Shown: one piece after another, positions 1 to 13,095 of the stretch
How positions within the stretch are numbered: position 1 is the stretch's first letter
Layout of the letters: each line of letters starts with the position of its first letter
Assembly (NCBI GenBank): GCA_032718475.1
Contig: JAUCBJ010008830.1
Span: forward strand, 1 to 64,000
Length of the DNA: 64,000 nucleotides
Source: Nemertoderma westbladi
Lineage: Eukaryota > Animalia > Xenacoelomorpha
Direction: 5' to 3'
Made by a program: the position numbers and the translations under genes
The notes under the pieces: generated by a model
Told to the model about the DNA's origin: nothing
The model's database searches: none
Seen by the model: the letters and a program-made list of their open reading frames with translations, nothing else

Positions 1-140
1 TCAGCAAACGAAATATAGCGAATACATCATAGATAGAGTTTTAAATTAGTATGGTTTTATCTGTAATTTTTTATTTTGAACGCAATGGTAAAAAGGTTAT
101 TATGTGACTCATGAAAATAAGTCTTAAATAAAATACAAAT

Positions 141-210
141 GTTCCACCTTGGTGAAGTGGATGCAATGTATTTACAACTCGAGTGTGGATCAGGTTTGTA
201 GCCAGGATTT
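141..210 (+). mobile_element. Degenerate tRNA-derived SINE head
   Basis: GTTCCACCTTGGTGAAGTGGATGCAATG resembles the reverse complement of the SINE head ending at 42385 (GGTTCCACCTTGGTGTAGTGGTTGCATTG). Confidence 0.35.
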
Positions 211-1784
211 TTAAGTTGGGTAGACCTGGGAATATCAGAGTAGGCAGGCGCAAATGTTCATTTGGATAAATTTTACAATAGATTTAACTGATTAATTGTT
301 TACAACGGATAGAAAGCAAACCTACAGTAGGATGTTCATGGAGTCCACCATCAGTTCATCTTTTGTATACAAAGCATAATTTAAACAATAGACGAAATCG
401 CGTAGGTTCGCGTCTACCAGTCTACTAACGCATTAACTGTCTCCTTGAATGGCTTACTATCAATCATACTACTAAAAAATTCATTGGAGAGTGGGATTGA
501 ACTCGTTGTATAGTAAAATAGTAAATCGAGTAAAATAATATATGTATAATTACGGGATGGCTGGGGTGCAACCTTCGTTCACCTACAACCTCCCCCCCAG
601 GTGCAATCTTCGTTCGCGAAATTTTCAGGAATTTTAAATTTTGCAGTCGCATGGAGTGATAACCCTTAGGTGAAAACTAAATTTGCTCTACTTTAATCAA
701 ATGGGGCATTAAAGCTATGAGTGTATTTTCCTCTACATCCTCCCTCGATCTTACGCAAATCTGGGTAAAAGGCGGTTGAAGGGCTATCATTCCCAACATA
801 TGCGGTCCTCCCTTTAATGTTTCATTGTTCTATTCATAGTCGCCTTTAAGAATTTCTCGGGAAAATAAGGACGATCACTTTCAACCCATGCGGCCCTCCC
901 TTTTATGATTTCATTGAACTATCCATAGTATGAACAATCAAACCAAAGCCTTTGAATATAGGGCTGAATATCCTCGCGGCTTATCAGCGGCGTCATGGCT
1001 AACTGCTTAATATAAATAGTGAAGCATCTAAAAGACAGAGTGTCTATGATAGGGCAGAACAGCATACTTACAGCTTAGAGGTGGGCGCGCTGAAAACTTT
1101 GCTTGTCATCAATACATACAAAGCATCGCCTGATGGAAAGAGTAATAGCATGGATATTTTCATTTTGGTGAATTTAATTTATAGCATTAATCACGAAAAT
1201 CGCTAAATAATATATTTTAACTAAAATCAACTCTGATAAACATCTTGCATATCGAGTTTGTAAAGAATTCATAGGGATTGGCTGTTTATTTAGGGATTAA
1301 CATTCAAAATGATTATGAACAAGCAATAGGGTCATTAATGGTATGCTGAGACTCACTTACTTCATGGCTCGCTCTCATAGAATAGATTAACTAATAGAGA
1401 AAAATGAAAAATAACCGGTTAAACATCTTATATTTTTTAAACATTATGGGGAAACAAGAATAAATAATTTACCGACAACATCAATATTAAATAATATAAC
1501 AACAACGGATAAATAATTTACCAACAACATTAATAATAAATAATATAAGAACATCAACAATAACAAAAGATATAGTCAGAACAGTTTTTATTAAATAGAG
1601 ACTGATTATATTAATAGGGTTGCTGGTCTCCGAGAGTAACGTTTGGTTTAACCCTTTAGGGATACTATTAATGGCTGCGATAATTTTCTCTTTAATAGTT
1701 TGTTGAGATAGCCTTTTCTTGGGGGGTGAAATAGATTAAGGTGTGTTTGCTGCGGGATAAAGATGCCTTCTCTGAGAGAACGTT

Positions 1785-3332
1785 TTAGTAATTCGAAAAG
1801 ACGCGCGATGGTAAAGTCGTTGGATAGGGTGATAGTGTTGGTATTTTTCGTATTGGTGAATATGATTTCTGTTGGTTTGTTCTCGATATGAATGTAAGGA
1901 CTGAGATAGTAGTGAGAGTTACAGGTGGGTTGGTTATATTTATCGTGAGAAAATCGCTGCCCCTAATATTGAGACCGTTGGTGAACTGAAAAGTGGTATT
2001 CTCTTCGTCTTTCATTAAAATGGGCCAGATACCAACATATTTTTCGGATTTGAACTTATAGATAAAGGCTGCGATACTACTATCTATGAGATAGCGTTGG
2101 TGATTGGGGATCGTAATCTGCTTTGGTTTGAAAGCAAATTGTATAGCCATAGCCTTGAATTTAATTAGAGCCTCGCGCACTTGAATCGTGTTAGCTATAG
2201 TAAAGGATTCGTTAAATTTTCTCTCGGTTATCTGTAAATCAATTTCTGAATCACTGATACAACTTTGTATCGATATTCGCTCAGAATTGTTGTCTTTGTA
2301 GACGTTAAGTTCATTGTAGCAGACACATTCACTATCCTCGATGGTTGAATCGAACCATTTCAATTCGCCGACCTCGGTTGGTGTAAGAAGAATCATGCCC
2401 CTAGAAGAAACAATAGCCTTTCCATCGTCAACCTCGTAGCCATTGGTGATCGCTAAATTGCGCTCGTTCCGAATATTTGTAACAAACCCAAAAGTGCAAT
2501 AGTCAAAAGCAACCCAATTCCCCGGTTTTAGGACAAGGTGAGTAGTAGGATTAATAAAAGGGTGACAGATGTTTACATAATGTTGAAATAAATTGGCGCA
2601 GGCGACGGAAAATGTGATCTATGAACTGTTTACAGTGTCTTCCAACTTTATTAACTCGAGTGGTTTCACTGGGTTAATACTTCCATAGGTATTCCATCGA
2701 TATTCCAAGTCTATAATTGAATCCAAAGTAATAGGAGACTTTATTGGCGAAAAAGCATGTGAGCTCATTCAATTTCTCGCCGAAAGTGAGAACATCCTTG
2801 TCAAAAAGTTTAAAGAAACGAGTCTCCTCTTCCTCGGTCGGAGTTGACGAGTTCCAGATGAGAAGAAGAATCGAGTTTGCGATACTATGAAAATCGAATA
2901 AGCGATCATCGGAGAAGAAGGAGGTTACGAGAGTGGTTAAACCCAGTAAACGATTTGCCCCATCTTGGTTGATGTTTTCTCGAATAAAATCGACTATGCT
3001 AGTTGGAATCGTAAACGTCTCGGGCGAAGTACTTAGATTGAACGTTATTTTGTGTCCCTTTTTAAAAGTTTGAAACCGTGGTTGGAGGAATGAAGTTTAT
3101 TATCGTCGAGGGTTTGATATTGTCCATCGTGAAGTTCGTAGCAGGCACGGAAAATAAAGTGCACGTAGTTTGCCGGAATCGGGATGGGTTGGTTTAAGGT
3201 TGTATTTATCGTTAACGGGAAAAGTTTGTTCGCCGAATCGAAATATAGACCAAACGAGTTGTCTTGTAGCATAAACTGATTTTCGTTGCAAACCAGATCG
3301 TTGCTTGAATAGCTGATTTCTGAATGTGCCAT
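1785..3332 (-). pseudogene. Decayed intronless ~500-codon ORF of unknown function (possibly viral)
   Basis: ORFs 3045-3332 and 1785-2396 are bridged by long open stretches in shifting frames (e.g. TSPETFTIPTSIVDFIRENINQ..., ...KPGNWVAFDYCTFGFVTNIRNE...). Composition is coding-like relative to the AT-rich flanks. No family motif recognised. Confidence 0.45.
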
Positions 3333-3419
3333 CGTGATTGTATACCGGTAACTCGTTTAGGAAATAAAAATAAATAAATACTTTTACGAAAATAATTAAA
3401 ACTTTTCAGGAAAACAAAG

Positions 3420-3660
3420 AGACAATGATTGGGAATGTGGTGAATGGGGGCTATTATAGAGGGGGCTAGAATGGGTTAGCCAATCAGGGAACAGGAGGGA
3501 GAAAAGACTGTATAATTAAACCAATCAGAGAGCAGCTTTGATGACGTCACATCAGGCGAGATAATGATTGCCCAATGTTATTCAATGGTAGCCAGAGTGG
3601 CGCCATTGAATAACGAAGACAAAGGGGCCGCGAGAGGAAAGATTATAAAGTTAACGATAA
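3420..3660 (-). promoter_or_regulatory. Pol II promoter-like cluster upstream of the 3332 start codon
   Basis: Two CCAATCAG boxes (~3481, ~3521), CRE palindrome TGACGTCA (~3542), TATA-like TCTATAATAG on the minus strand (~3455), and a 12-bp inverted repeat GTTATTCAATGG/CCATTGAATAAC. Confidence 0.3.
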
Positions 3661-3904
3661 GGGATCTATAAACCATAGAGCTAAATATAGACATTATGTC
3701 ATAATTACATCATTGGTAATATAAAAACTAATTAATCTAAAAATAGAAATCAATGTATAAAGTAAAGTTAATACAATTAATTAATTTAAAATAAAGTACA
3801 AATGAATAAATAAAGTAAAATAAAATGCAAATAATTAATTAAAATTAAATATAAATAAATAAGTATTAATGAATAAAAGAGCTGCGGTGTCACTTATGAC
3901 ACCC

Positions 3905-4211
3905 TCTTGCGCCGGCTCTGTGACACTTGGACAACACTGATGACCCATTGTGTGTCAGGGCGCTAATCAGTCTGATTAATTAGGATAATCAATTAAACCC
4001 TAATTAGGAGTCATATGACACCTGTTAGGATTTAATTGTACTAATTAATTGATGAAACCTTTCAATTAGGGTCTAATTAGCCTAATTGGGAGGTGTCACC
4101 CAGACAGTCTGGTGCCAATGACACCCAATGACACCCATAGGGTGATAATTGGGTGTAATATGACACCCAATGGGTGTCAGTTGGGTCCAAGTGTCACAGA
4201 GCCGGCCAAGA
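3905..4211. mobile_element. MITE-like element with ~50-bp imperfect terminal inverted repeats
   Basis: GCCGGCTCTGTGACACTTGGAC... at 3911 is the reverse complement of ...GTCCAAGTGTCACAGAGCCGGC ending at 4206; internal TGACACC repeats. Confidence 0.65.
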
Positions 4212-4809
4212 CCCTACTACTGGCGTTCTTTCCCCCTCTGAGTGTCGGGGTGTTCTTTCTTCGCTCATCTTTGTGGTGTTCTGTTGCAGTCACAGTTTGT
4301 TGGTAGGCGGCAGTTTTCGACTGTGACGGGATCGTAGATCACGACCGGGTTAGATTTAGTACACGTCGCCTGACTGCTGGTCTGCTGGGCTAGTGTCCTT
4401 TTGGCTGAAAGCCATTGGGGAAAATAACAGAGTTTGCGTTCCTCAATGTTAATGTTCCAAATGATAATAGCACAGAATTAGTAATGTGATTGATATCGCA
4501 ATACAGAATGACAGCAGTAAATCAGTAATAGATATTGGTTGGCGACGGTCGAAAACTATGACCGGTCTTCAACTCTGTGATTAATGAACTGACCAGTAAA
4601 TCAGTAATACAGAATAATTATATGATTGATACACACAGATATTGGTTTCACCTCTTACTCTACTTGGCCTTCTGTACCCAGTGGATGCTTTCCTATCTCT
4701 GCTCACGTGCCCCCCTGCCTGCTATTGGCTTATATACTAATTGTCACTTTGGCACTCCCTATGAGTGTTTCCCCCCACCGCTAGCCTTTACTAGCTGTGT
4801 TCTCCAACA

Positions 4810-5513
4810 TTTTGACAGTTAACTTTGAAAGTCCTCAAGCAAGTCTCTGATCGGATGAGCATAAGCTCAAAGGATGGTATGCTTGAGCATGTGGACGACT
4901 TCTGTTACCTGGGATCATGGATCTGGAAGTCAGGTGAGGACCTTCGAATACGTAAGGGAAAGGCATGGGCAGCCTTGAATAGGCTTTCCAGGATTTGGAA
5001 GTCACCGAGAATTAATCGGAAACTTAAGGTCCGATTATTTAGAGCAGCAGTAGTTCCAGTACTCCTCTATGGGAGTCCATGCTGGGCTCTAACTGCTGAG
5101 GACACCAAATTTCTGGATGGCTCATTCACAAGAATGCTACGCCGGGTTCATTGTGTCAAGTACAATCCACACATCTCCAACCAGACACTATATAACATTG
5201 GAGGTGTCTCATTGGTTCCCCCAAGCTTGACACTACAACAAAATCGCCTCCGCTTTGCAGGACATTGCTTTCGCTGTGAGGACCAGCCAGTGCATAATCT
5301 TGTACTTTGGCAGCCTCATGGAGTGAATAAGCATGGTGGACAGCCCATGACTTTCTTGAGACGCATCTTAAAGGACACTGGCCTTGAAGATGCGGATGAT
5401 CTAGCAACTGTCATGGGTGATAGGGAGTTGTGGCGGTACAATTTTGTCAACAAGCCGGCACAGCATTCTTAAAAATGCAGCTGCAATGCAGCATGCCGAT
5501 CCTAGTAGTAGTA
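4810..5513 (+). mobile_element. RTE-clade LINE, 5'-truncated copy (C-terminal ORF part, 3'UTR, (TAG)n tail)
   Basis: ORF 4825-5472 has FCYLGS, KVRLFRAAVVPVLLYGS, RLRFAGHC and W-containing C-terminal motifs typical of RTE ORFs. Ends in GATCCTAGTAGTAGTAG. Near-identical to the copy at 42797-44130. Confidence 0.9.
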
Positions 5514-6164
5514 GAAATTATTAGAAACAAAGAACAGCCACCAGGCATATCAGGTGCAAATGACATAAATAGAAAATAGTAGCCAAACTTCTCACTGGCA
5601 GCCATATTGGCAAATTATCGTAATACCCATCACCATGGAAACGGGATTGAAAAAAAAATTTAATGTAAAATATTCTGGTAGACTTTTATTCCCTATACTC
5701 ACCTATTATAGCTCAAAAACAGAATCCCCCGTCGTCTTGAATTACAGGCACGCAAAGTTTAAACTTTTCACCCGGTTACCTTAGTAACTACAAGATAAAA
5801 ATTCCAGAAAGACTTTTTATAACAATTATATGAACCCTAGTATCATATCCACCTAACAAAAGTAGCATTAAAGAAGTTTTTAATGAAATATTATGAAAAT
5901 AGTGCCATAAATAGGGAAAAGATCAGCCGACGCTAATTTCAGCAATCCGCTCGATGCAGGACCTGTTATTTAGTACACCTTGATAATAAAGCAGCACACA
6001 TTAACATAAATAAAAATAATACATTCTGGAATACGGTAATTGAAGTTGTTTCCATGTCATTGATTACTTTGCTTGATTTTTCGATGTTGCTAATTTTGCG
6101 TATTAAAATCACTATAACTCAGCCAGTATTATTTGTTTTGATGTAAAATTACTCAATAGTCTTT

Positions 6165-6632
6165 TTTCACATTTTCTTTCACATGAAACCAACGAAAAAA
6201 CGAAAACCATTTCCGAGTAGCAAACACCATTAGGAATTTAGTGTCTTTCTGTCGTTCTGTCTGTAGGTCTGTCTATTGGTCCTGTCTATCGGTCTCTCTG
6301 TCTGTCTCTTTGAATGACTGTTTGTTTGTTTGTCTCTCTATCTGTCTGTATGTCTGTCTGCTTGTCGAACTATTTATTTGTCTATCTATCCGTTTGTCTG
6401 TCTGTTTGTTTATATAAATATACAATAAAGCACACCATATAGCTAAAATTTTATGTTTAGTGATATTCTTGGTTGTTGATTTCCGATTTCAGTAAGGGAT
6501 TACAATATTTTGTAACATTTTCTTATTGCTTCGCATCTAGAAGATTAACAGGTTATTTTGTATTTTAAGTATTTAATTCATTGTATATAAATATTTTCAT
6601 GTTTTGAGTTAATTTATATTGGTTATATTCAT
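6165..6632 (+). repeat. ~450-bp dispersed repeat with GTCT/GTTT microsatellite core, copy 1
   Basis: Direct match to 10973-11405 (CCATTAGGAATTTAGTGTCTTTCTGTCG ... GGGATTACAATATTTTGTAACATTTTCTTATTGCTTCGC). A GTCT core is typical of DINE-1/HINE-like Helitron derivatives. Confidence 0.75.
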
Positions 6633-6795
6633 ATGGCATATTGTACTCGAATTTCTCCATTTACATACGTTCCACTTGTGCTATTACTTACTACTGTAAT
6701 TTGTAATCTTTGTTTTAATGTACAACCCGAATTAAATAATAAATCAATAAGCTTTGTGTATTAGTACATATTTCCATTCACAGATATCTATGTCA

Positions 6796-7854
6796 TCATA
6801 CTACATACATTTGGAAATGGGTCAGACAGATTTCAAAGTTCTCCGCGTCTGTTTCATTCCTGAAGTGGAAGAAAAATCGAAAATACACAGGATGTGAAAC
6901 TGATTCCGGTTCAGTTAATATGACAATTTTATGTTCTCTGGTTATCTTCGCTTCTTTACTAAGTTTAGTTATTTTACCTTTGTCACTCTGATGTGGTTGC
7001 TTCACTATAACTACTTTCAATTCTCTTTTTATCGTTACATCAATAGGACCGTAAACAGAATTAAAAACTGATGGAATAACATTATTAAATTCTACTTTTT
7101 TAGGTTGGTGTGTGATTTGAGAAGAAGTTGTCGTTGGTGTCACCTTTTGAAGAAGGTATCCTGTACCGGTTTCGCGTACTGGCGTCCCTTTAAATTGTAC
7201 ACTAATTGCTTCACGATGAAAATCAATGGCTTCTGTTCTACTGCGGAAGTGAAAAATACATTTAAATCCCATCCCACGTAATGTAACTAACCTTCCACAT
7301 CCTCCATCATTTGTGAGAACTTTAATATTTGAACCACGAAGTGGAAATGCCATACTGTATGGTTTCTTATATTGGATATTTTTTGTCTTAAGGTTCAACA
7401 ATATAGAAATTGCTCGATTAACTTTTACATCATGAATTTCAACAATTGGTTCCAACTGATTAAAATTTTCGCTTTTATCTCTATAATATGTTCCACGTTC
7501 AATTTTTATCGCATTATCAATAAGGCATGCTAACCCAATGGTCCTTCTTGATTTGGCAGATGTTATTTTTGGCAATATGCGATCTAATTTACTCTTCCTG
7601 GATTTACTTTGACAGGCAGGTTGATGATCCACACAGGATGCAATACGTCGTCGATCTAATATACAATCTGAATGGCTATTTATATTTGGTAACTTTTCAA
7701 GATGCAAATGTTGTGATGATACAGGAAAACACTCTATTGAATTATTTGATGTTGCATTGAGGGAAGAAACACATTCTTCTTCTGTGACATTAATGTCTTT
7801 GTCTCCGAATTCTTCATCTATGACAAGCGGAGGTCCTAAGTAATGGTCCATCAC
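6796..7854 (-). CDS. Intact intronless 352-aa orphan ORF, possibly two tandem PH/EVH1-like domains
   Basis: Uninterrupted ORF with two similar strand-helix motifs, CIFHFRSRTEAIDF and RFFFHFRNETDAENF, resembling the C-terminal end of PH-superfold domains. Confidence 0.5.
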   Translation of the reverse strand: MMDHYLGPPLVIDEEFGDKDINVTEEECVSSLNATSNNSIECFPVSSQHLHLEKLPNINSHSDCILDRRRIASCVDHQPACQSKSRKSKLDRILPKITSAKSRRTIGLACLIDNAIKIERGTYYRDKSENFNQLEPIVEIHDVKVNRAISILLNLKTKNIQYKKPYSMAFPLRGSNIKVLTNDGGCGRLVTLRGMGFKCIFHFRSRTEAIDFHREAISVQFKGTPVRETGTGYLLQKVTPTTTSSQITHQPKKVEFNNVIPSVFNSVYGPIDVTIKRELKVVIVKQPHQSDKGKITKLSKEAKITREHKIVILTEPESVSHPVYFRFFFHFRNETDAENFEICLTHFQMYVV

Positions 7855-8399
7855 AATAAGTATCTATATGGAGAGATCGGTGTTAAATCTTTTATTACAA
7901 ATGACTAACTAGTAATTATTAATATTCGATTGGTGTTCAGCCATTATCTGTTGTTTATCACATATTTTTCATATTTATAATATCCTTATTTCGATATTCG
8001 CTTCAAGCCGCAAGGTGGTGTACGCGAATGGCTGTTGAAGTCATTCATAAACCAGAGTTTCAGCTTTATAACGACATTCACGCCAACCCACATGTGGAAT
8101 CACTAGAGCAGCGCCGGTTGCGTTAACTGTTATCGGTGAGTCGCGATATTACACCGATGGCATCGGTGGGTCATACATATTATTTATTACCAATAATTGT
8201 TAATTTGTTTATTGTTTAATTTGCTTGGATTTTATTAATACCAAAGAAACCTGACGGATCTCATTCTTCTCCGGTGTTGAGTTGTAATTTTAATATTGCA
8301 GTTACAAAATTTGATTTTGTATATCAAATTTGTGTTACTTGTATTTTTCGTGCGACATATGAAAAAATGCCGTTATCAATAATAAGTTACAATACATTT

Positions 8400-9820
8400 C
8401 AGTGACAAGTTCGTGATCTGCATCCAGAAAACCCATAAGGTAATAAAATTAGGTTGATTTGGCTTTGATAGTTCATTAATATATTTCCAGTCACATTTCA
8501 CATTAGCAGAAACTTTATCCAATGTTTTTTATTTGAGTTACATAATCGCGACCAGTATCCAAAAAACCGCCTCTCTAAAATCTACAAATTTTAACGAAAA
8601 CGTCGCATTTTTTGTTTGTACTTAAATTTCTCTAGTGGGAATTAAAAAATTAAAAAAAATTACTTGGTTGCTTATTTCGCCTGCACCAAAGAAAGATACA
8701 ATTTTCGGCTAACCTTTTTTCTATACAGGTTTTCTGGGCGCTGAATCCATTGAAAAATATTTAGAAATGATCTGATTACTATAAATGGCTGTCCATATAC
8801 AGTATATATGTATAATAAAAAAAATGAAAAAAAAACAAGTGACCTGCAATTTTCAGTTTAGACACAAACATTTTAATTCACTTATATGATGCTATTATTT
8901 AACATTTTCAAGTTTTCTGGGGCGCTGATTCTAATGGAATACATTTCCAATTATCCAGATCATTGCTACTCGTATTTTTCGGCGTAATATGGCAAATTTT
9001 AGTGTTAGCACCAAATTTCATACCCATCTTCAAAAAGTACAAGTATGAGATGTCAAGTGCTGTTTTTGTAGATTCCATCGGATCCAGGACCCTCATAAAC
9101 CAGTATAACGCAAGAAACAAGAGAGAACTCTTATGCAATTTAATTTAAATTTGCAATTAATGCAATAAAGTTTGAGAACTCTTATGCAATTTTTACTTAT
9201 TCCATTGAATTTAGAACCCTCACAGACACGTATAACGCAAAAAACAAGGTGATACAATCAATTGATATATTTGACGGGTTTCAAAAGTTGGTGTTAGCAC
9301 AAGATGTTGCACCCATTTCCGAAAAATACAATTTTGAGATGTATAGTTAGATAATTACTTATTCAATTGAATTCAGAACCATAAACCTCTACAATGCGAG
9401 AAATACGTTGTCACATTCAATTGGACTATTGAATGGATTTTCAAAATTTCGTGCTGGCACCAAATTTTGCACCCAACACTGAAACATACAAGTTTGATAT
9501 GCATGGTGCAACTCGTATTCCATCGAAACCATACCCCAAAAAACCCCTATTGCGCAAAAAACAGGTTCAAACTATGAATTTACAAAAATGACATATTTCA
9601 CAATTTGGATCTGGCACCAAAATCAGGCACCCGCCGAAATGTTATAGCTTATTTTATATGAATTCCATCTCATCTAACTAAACCGGTGTAAATAAAAAAT
9701 ACTATAGATTTATAGGAAAAGTCATGAAAATTTAGATTCCCAACTGCGTTTGTTTCAGAGTTATAACAAAAATACCACAGTTGATTATATTGTCCCCCCC
9801 CCCGGGTTTAATAAGGTTAA
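8400..9820. mobile_element. Non-autonomous DNA transposon remnant with internal subterminal repeats
   Basis: Recurrent GGCGCTGA(A/T)TC, TTAGCACCAAATTT and TATAACGCAA motifs; right end CCCCCCCCGGGTTTAATAAGGTTAA ends in TTAA. Left end not found. Confidence 0.4.
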
Positions 9821-10179
9821 TAAAACACCCACCCATAAGCTACTAGATTTCTGCCATCTTGGCAAGTTTAGCTACAAAATATTTGTTATTTTTATATCTA
9901 ACAACCAAGGCGTTCTAGAACTACAAGGCCATGCAGACGTGCGGTACTACACTGGACGGCAAACTATTTTTAGTTCAATTTCACAATTTATTATCAGTTG
10001 TCACTCATTTTACGAATAATATAACAAATTTTAGAAAATTATATTCTGTAAATATGATTATTATAAATTCATTATTGCGTTGTATTTGTTTTCGATGAGG
10101 CGTTCAAAACAAACTGTAGATCATGATGACGGAGTTTGCTTTTTTTGCTTAAAGCACCATTTTCGTTAGGAAAAGTTGC

Positions 10180-10300
10180 ATAAAAATTCCAAAAAGTTAT
10201 ATATAAAATTTCCAAAAGTTGTATTAAAAGTTATATAAAAATTCCTAAAAGTTATATAAAAATTCATAAAAGTTATATAAAAATTCATAAAAGTTATATA
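10180..10300 (+). repeat. ~20-bp AT-rich minisatellite (AAAAGTTATATAAAAATTCAT), about 6 copies
   Basis: Directly visible tandem units. Confidence 0.8.
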
Positions 10301-10394
10301 GAATGTCAAAAAATACAATTATGGACATGTAGAGTACAGTAGTTTCATTAAAGCGAAGTGTATTCTAGAATACACTTCGCTTTAATGAAACTAC

Positions 10395-10666
10395 AAATCG
10401 CCTCCGCTTTGCAGGACATTGCTTTCGCCGTGAGGACCAGCCAGTGCATAATCTTGTACTTTGGCAGCCTCATGGAGTGAATAAACATGGTGGACAGCCC
10501 ATGACTTTCTTGAGACGCATCTTAAAGGACACTGGCCTTAAAGATGCGGATGATCTAGCAAATGTCATGGGTGATAGGGAGTTGTGGCGGTGCAATTTTG
10601 TTGACAAGCCGGCACAGCATTCTTAAAAATGCAGCCTCAATGCAGCATGCCGATCCTAGTAGTAGT
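10395..10666 (+). mobile_element. RTE LINE 3' fragment with 13-bp target-site duplication
   Basis: Matches 5241-5510 and ends in a (TAG)n tail; GTATTCTAGAATA is duplicated at 10360-10372 and 10665-10677. Confidence 0.9.
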
Positions 10667-10972
10667 ATTCTAGAATAGTGCATAAGATTGAATTTAAAAA
10701 GTAGCTAAATATTATTGTATTATAATAAGCTTATAGAATATACTGTACTGTAATATAGTGTACATAATCTGTACAATTCTTGCTTTCTGTATTGCTTTAC
10801 CATAGACTGGGGCAAATCTGTATTGTGAGAATAAATTATAATAGAATACAGAATAGAGTAGAGATAATAGATAATAAATATTGTGAGAATACGTGTGTAT
10901 ATCCATCATAAATATACAATGGTCTTTAACGCTGAAAAGTGACCTTTGCATGTAAAGTTGCTCTCTAGGTTG

Positions 10973-11405
10973 TTTTCACATGCTCTTTCACATGAAACAA
11001 ATGAAAAAAACGCAAAAATTCTCTGTGTCGCAAGTCCCATTAGGAATTTAGTGTCTTTCTGTCGGTCTGTCTCTTTGAATGACTGTTTGTTTGTTTGTCT
11101 CTCTATCTGTCTGTATGTCTGTCTGCTTGTCTGACTATTTATTTGTGTATCGATTTGATTGTCCGTCTGTTTGTTTACAGCAGGAAGCACACCATATAGC
11201 TAAAACTTTATGTTTAATGATTTACTTGGTTGTTGATTTCCGTTGTCTATCAGTAAGAAGGGATTACAATATTTTGTAACATTTTCTTATTGCTTCGCTT
11301 CTAGAAGATTAATAGGTTATTTTTTGTATTTTTAGTATTTAATTTATTGTATACTAAATATTTTAATATTTTGAGTTAATATATATTTGTTATATATTCA
11401 TTCAT
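10973..11405 (+). repeat. ~450-bp dispersed repeat with GTCT core, copy 2
   Basis: Direct match to 6165-6632. Confidence 0.75.
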
Positions 11406-13095
11406 AGTATATTTCTGTAAAGGATTTCTCGTGCCTTCAGCACGATGAGCTCCTAAACGGCTTTTTTGTATCTCAAAAATAATTCCTCGTGTTAATACAC
11501 TTGTTTGTTGTTTTGGTTTCTTGGTTACAAGATTGACTTGATATTAGCTCGCATAGTACACGGTCCTTCAATGATTTGTTATTTACGGATTTCTTAAAAA
11601 ACGTTAAAAAACGCCTTTTTAGCAATATTTATCCACCTTAGTCAGCTTTGTTTTTCGTCTTTGAATTGTAATCTAGATATCAAGAGAACCGCCTTTATCT
11701 GCAGTTTCCGAATCTGAAAAGCTGTTTCTGACAATCTGATAAATTTCACCAAAATTGCCAGAGATATTATCAAAATACTAAGTTGAAAATAAATATTGAG
11801 ACGTGAATCGCTCTAATTCTAATGTTTTTTATCCTCATTCTAGAATTTTAATTATTATTTAGTTGAGCTTCTAAAACTCCCATCTTCTCGATTCTTCATT
11901 TACGTCTCAAAATTTTCACCTTAGTATTTTGATAACATCTCTGTAATTTTCTGTAATATCCGTTGTATTGAAATAGCTCAGAAATTTAAAAATCCGGCTC
12001 TGCTCTGCAAGGAGTAAGATAAAGTAAATTTTCTAAAATACAGGAGCAAAATACTGAGATACACAATGTCCTGGAATATAGTGTCGTTATTCTAGTACAT
12101 GTTATTCGTTATACATGTTATATTTATCTTTTATTGGGGAGGGAATCTTTTGGCACTATTTTCAATTTAACCTGGTTGCTATTTTTCGGCCAATAATATC
12201 ATAATATATAATGTAATAATAAATTCGGCAAATACAGACTCGCAATTCCGGTGGGGTACGACTTCACCAGCCAGTTTCTATCCGTAGCGAGTGTGACATA
12301 ACACGTAAATGGGTTAGAGGGATCCGTCTGAAGTCTGAAATATAAGGCTTAATTAAGACATGATTAAATAGAGTGTATCGTGAGGTTAGCGTTTATCACA
12401 GTGCGGTAGGTATGAAACTTCGTTGCTGATTTTGGATAGCCGGCCATACGGGATTACACAAGCTTGTCGGCCAATGAAATTAGGTTTTGCATAAGCTAAG
12501 CTTAAATAGTAAAAACTGTGTAACAGAGTAGGTACAGTCAGACAGACTAAGGCAAGTGAATATCCACTATCCAGCTATCAGCATAGGCTTATAGGTATTG
12601 AAATTATATTATACCGGTATTTCACTGTATTTCTGTATTTGGTCTGTATACAGTAATCATAATCCGATAATGAAGAGAATTACAGACTTTTTATGGCTCT
12701 TCTTCTAAAAGATCTTGTTTGGAAGATTCGGTACTAACACCAGTTCCTCCTCCTGTCCCGTGCTGCGAGACACCAAAATTTTCATGTCGATGCGCTTTGA
12801 TTTGACAACAAACCTGTGCAGCCATATAGCACCCGGCGCCATCCCACCTACTTTATCATATGTCCGTCCCCTATTCATCTGTTCACTGTCACTGTCAGGT
12901 GCCAGACTGTAACTTTTGGCCTTTAACTTATCAGGAAGCAATACAAGGAATTCAAATTTGACAAAATTTAGGTGAAAAATTTTTTACTCTTTCTTTTTTT
13001 TCTTTTTTTACTTTTTCCATTATTATTTAAAATGACTTTTAAGTTTTAAGTTTAACATAGCCAGGTAGCCGCGTAGAGTCTATTGCAATAATAAT

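Noticed and set aside
10906-11279. ORFs rich in QTDRQ / CLSV
   Set aside because: Translations of the GTCT microsatellite.
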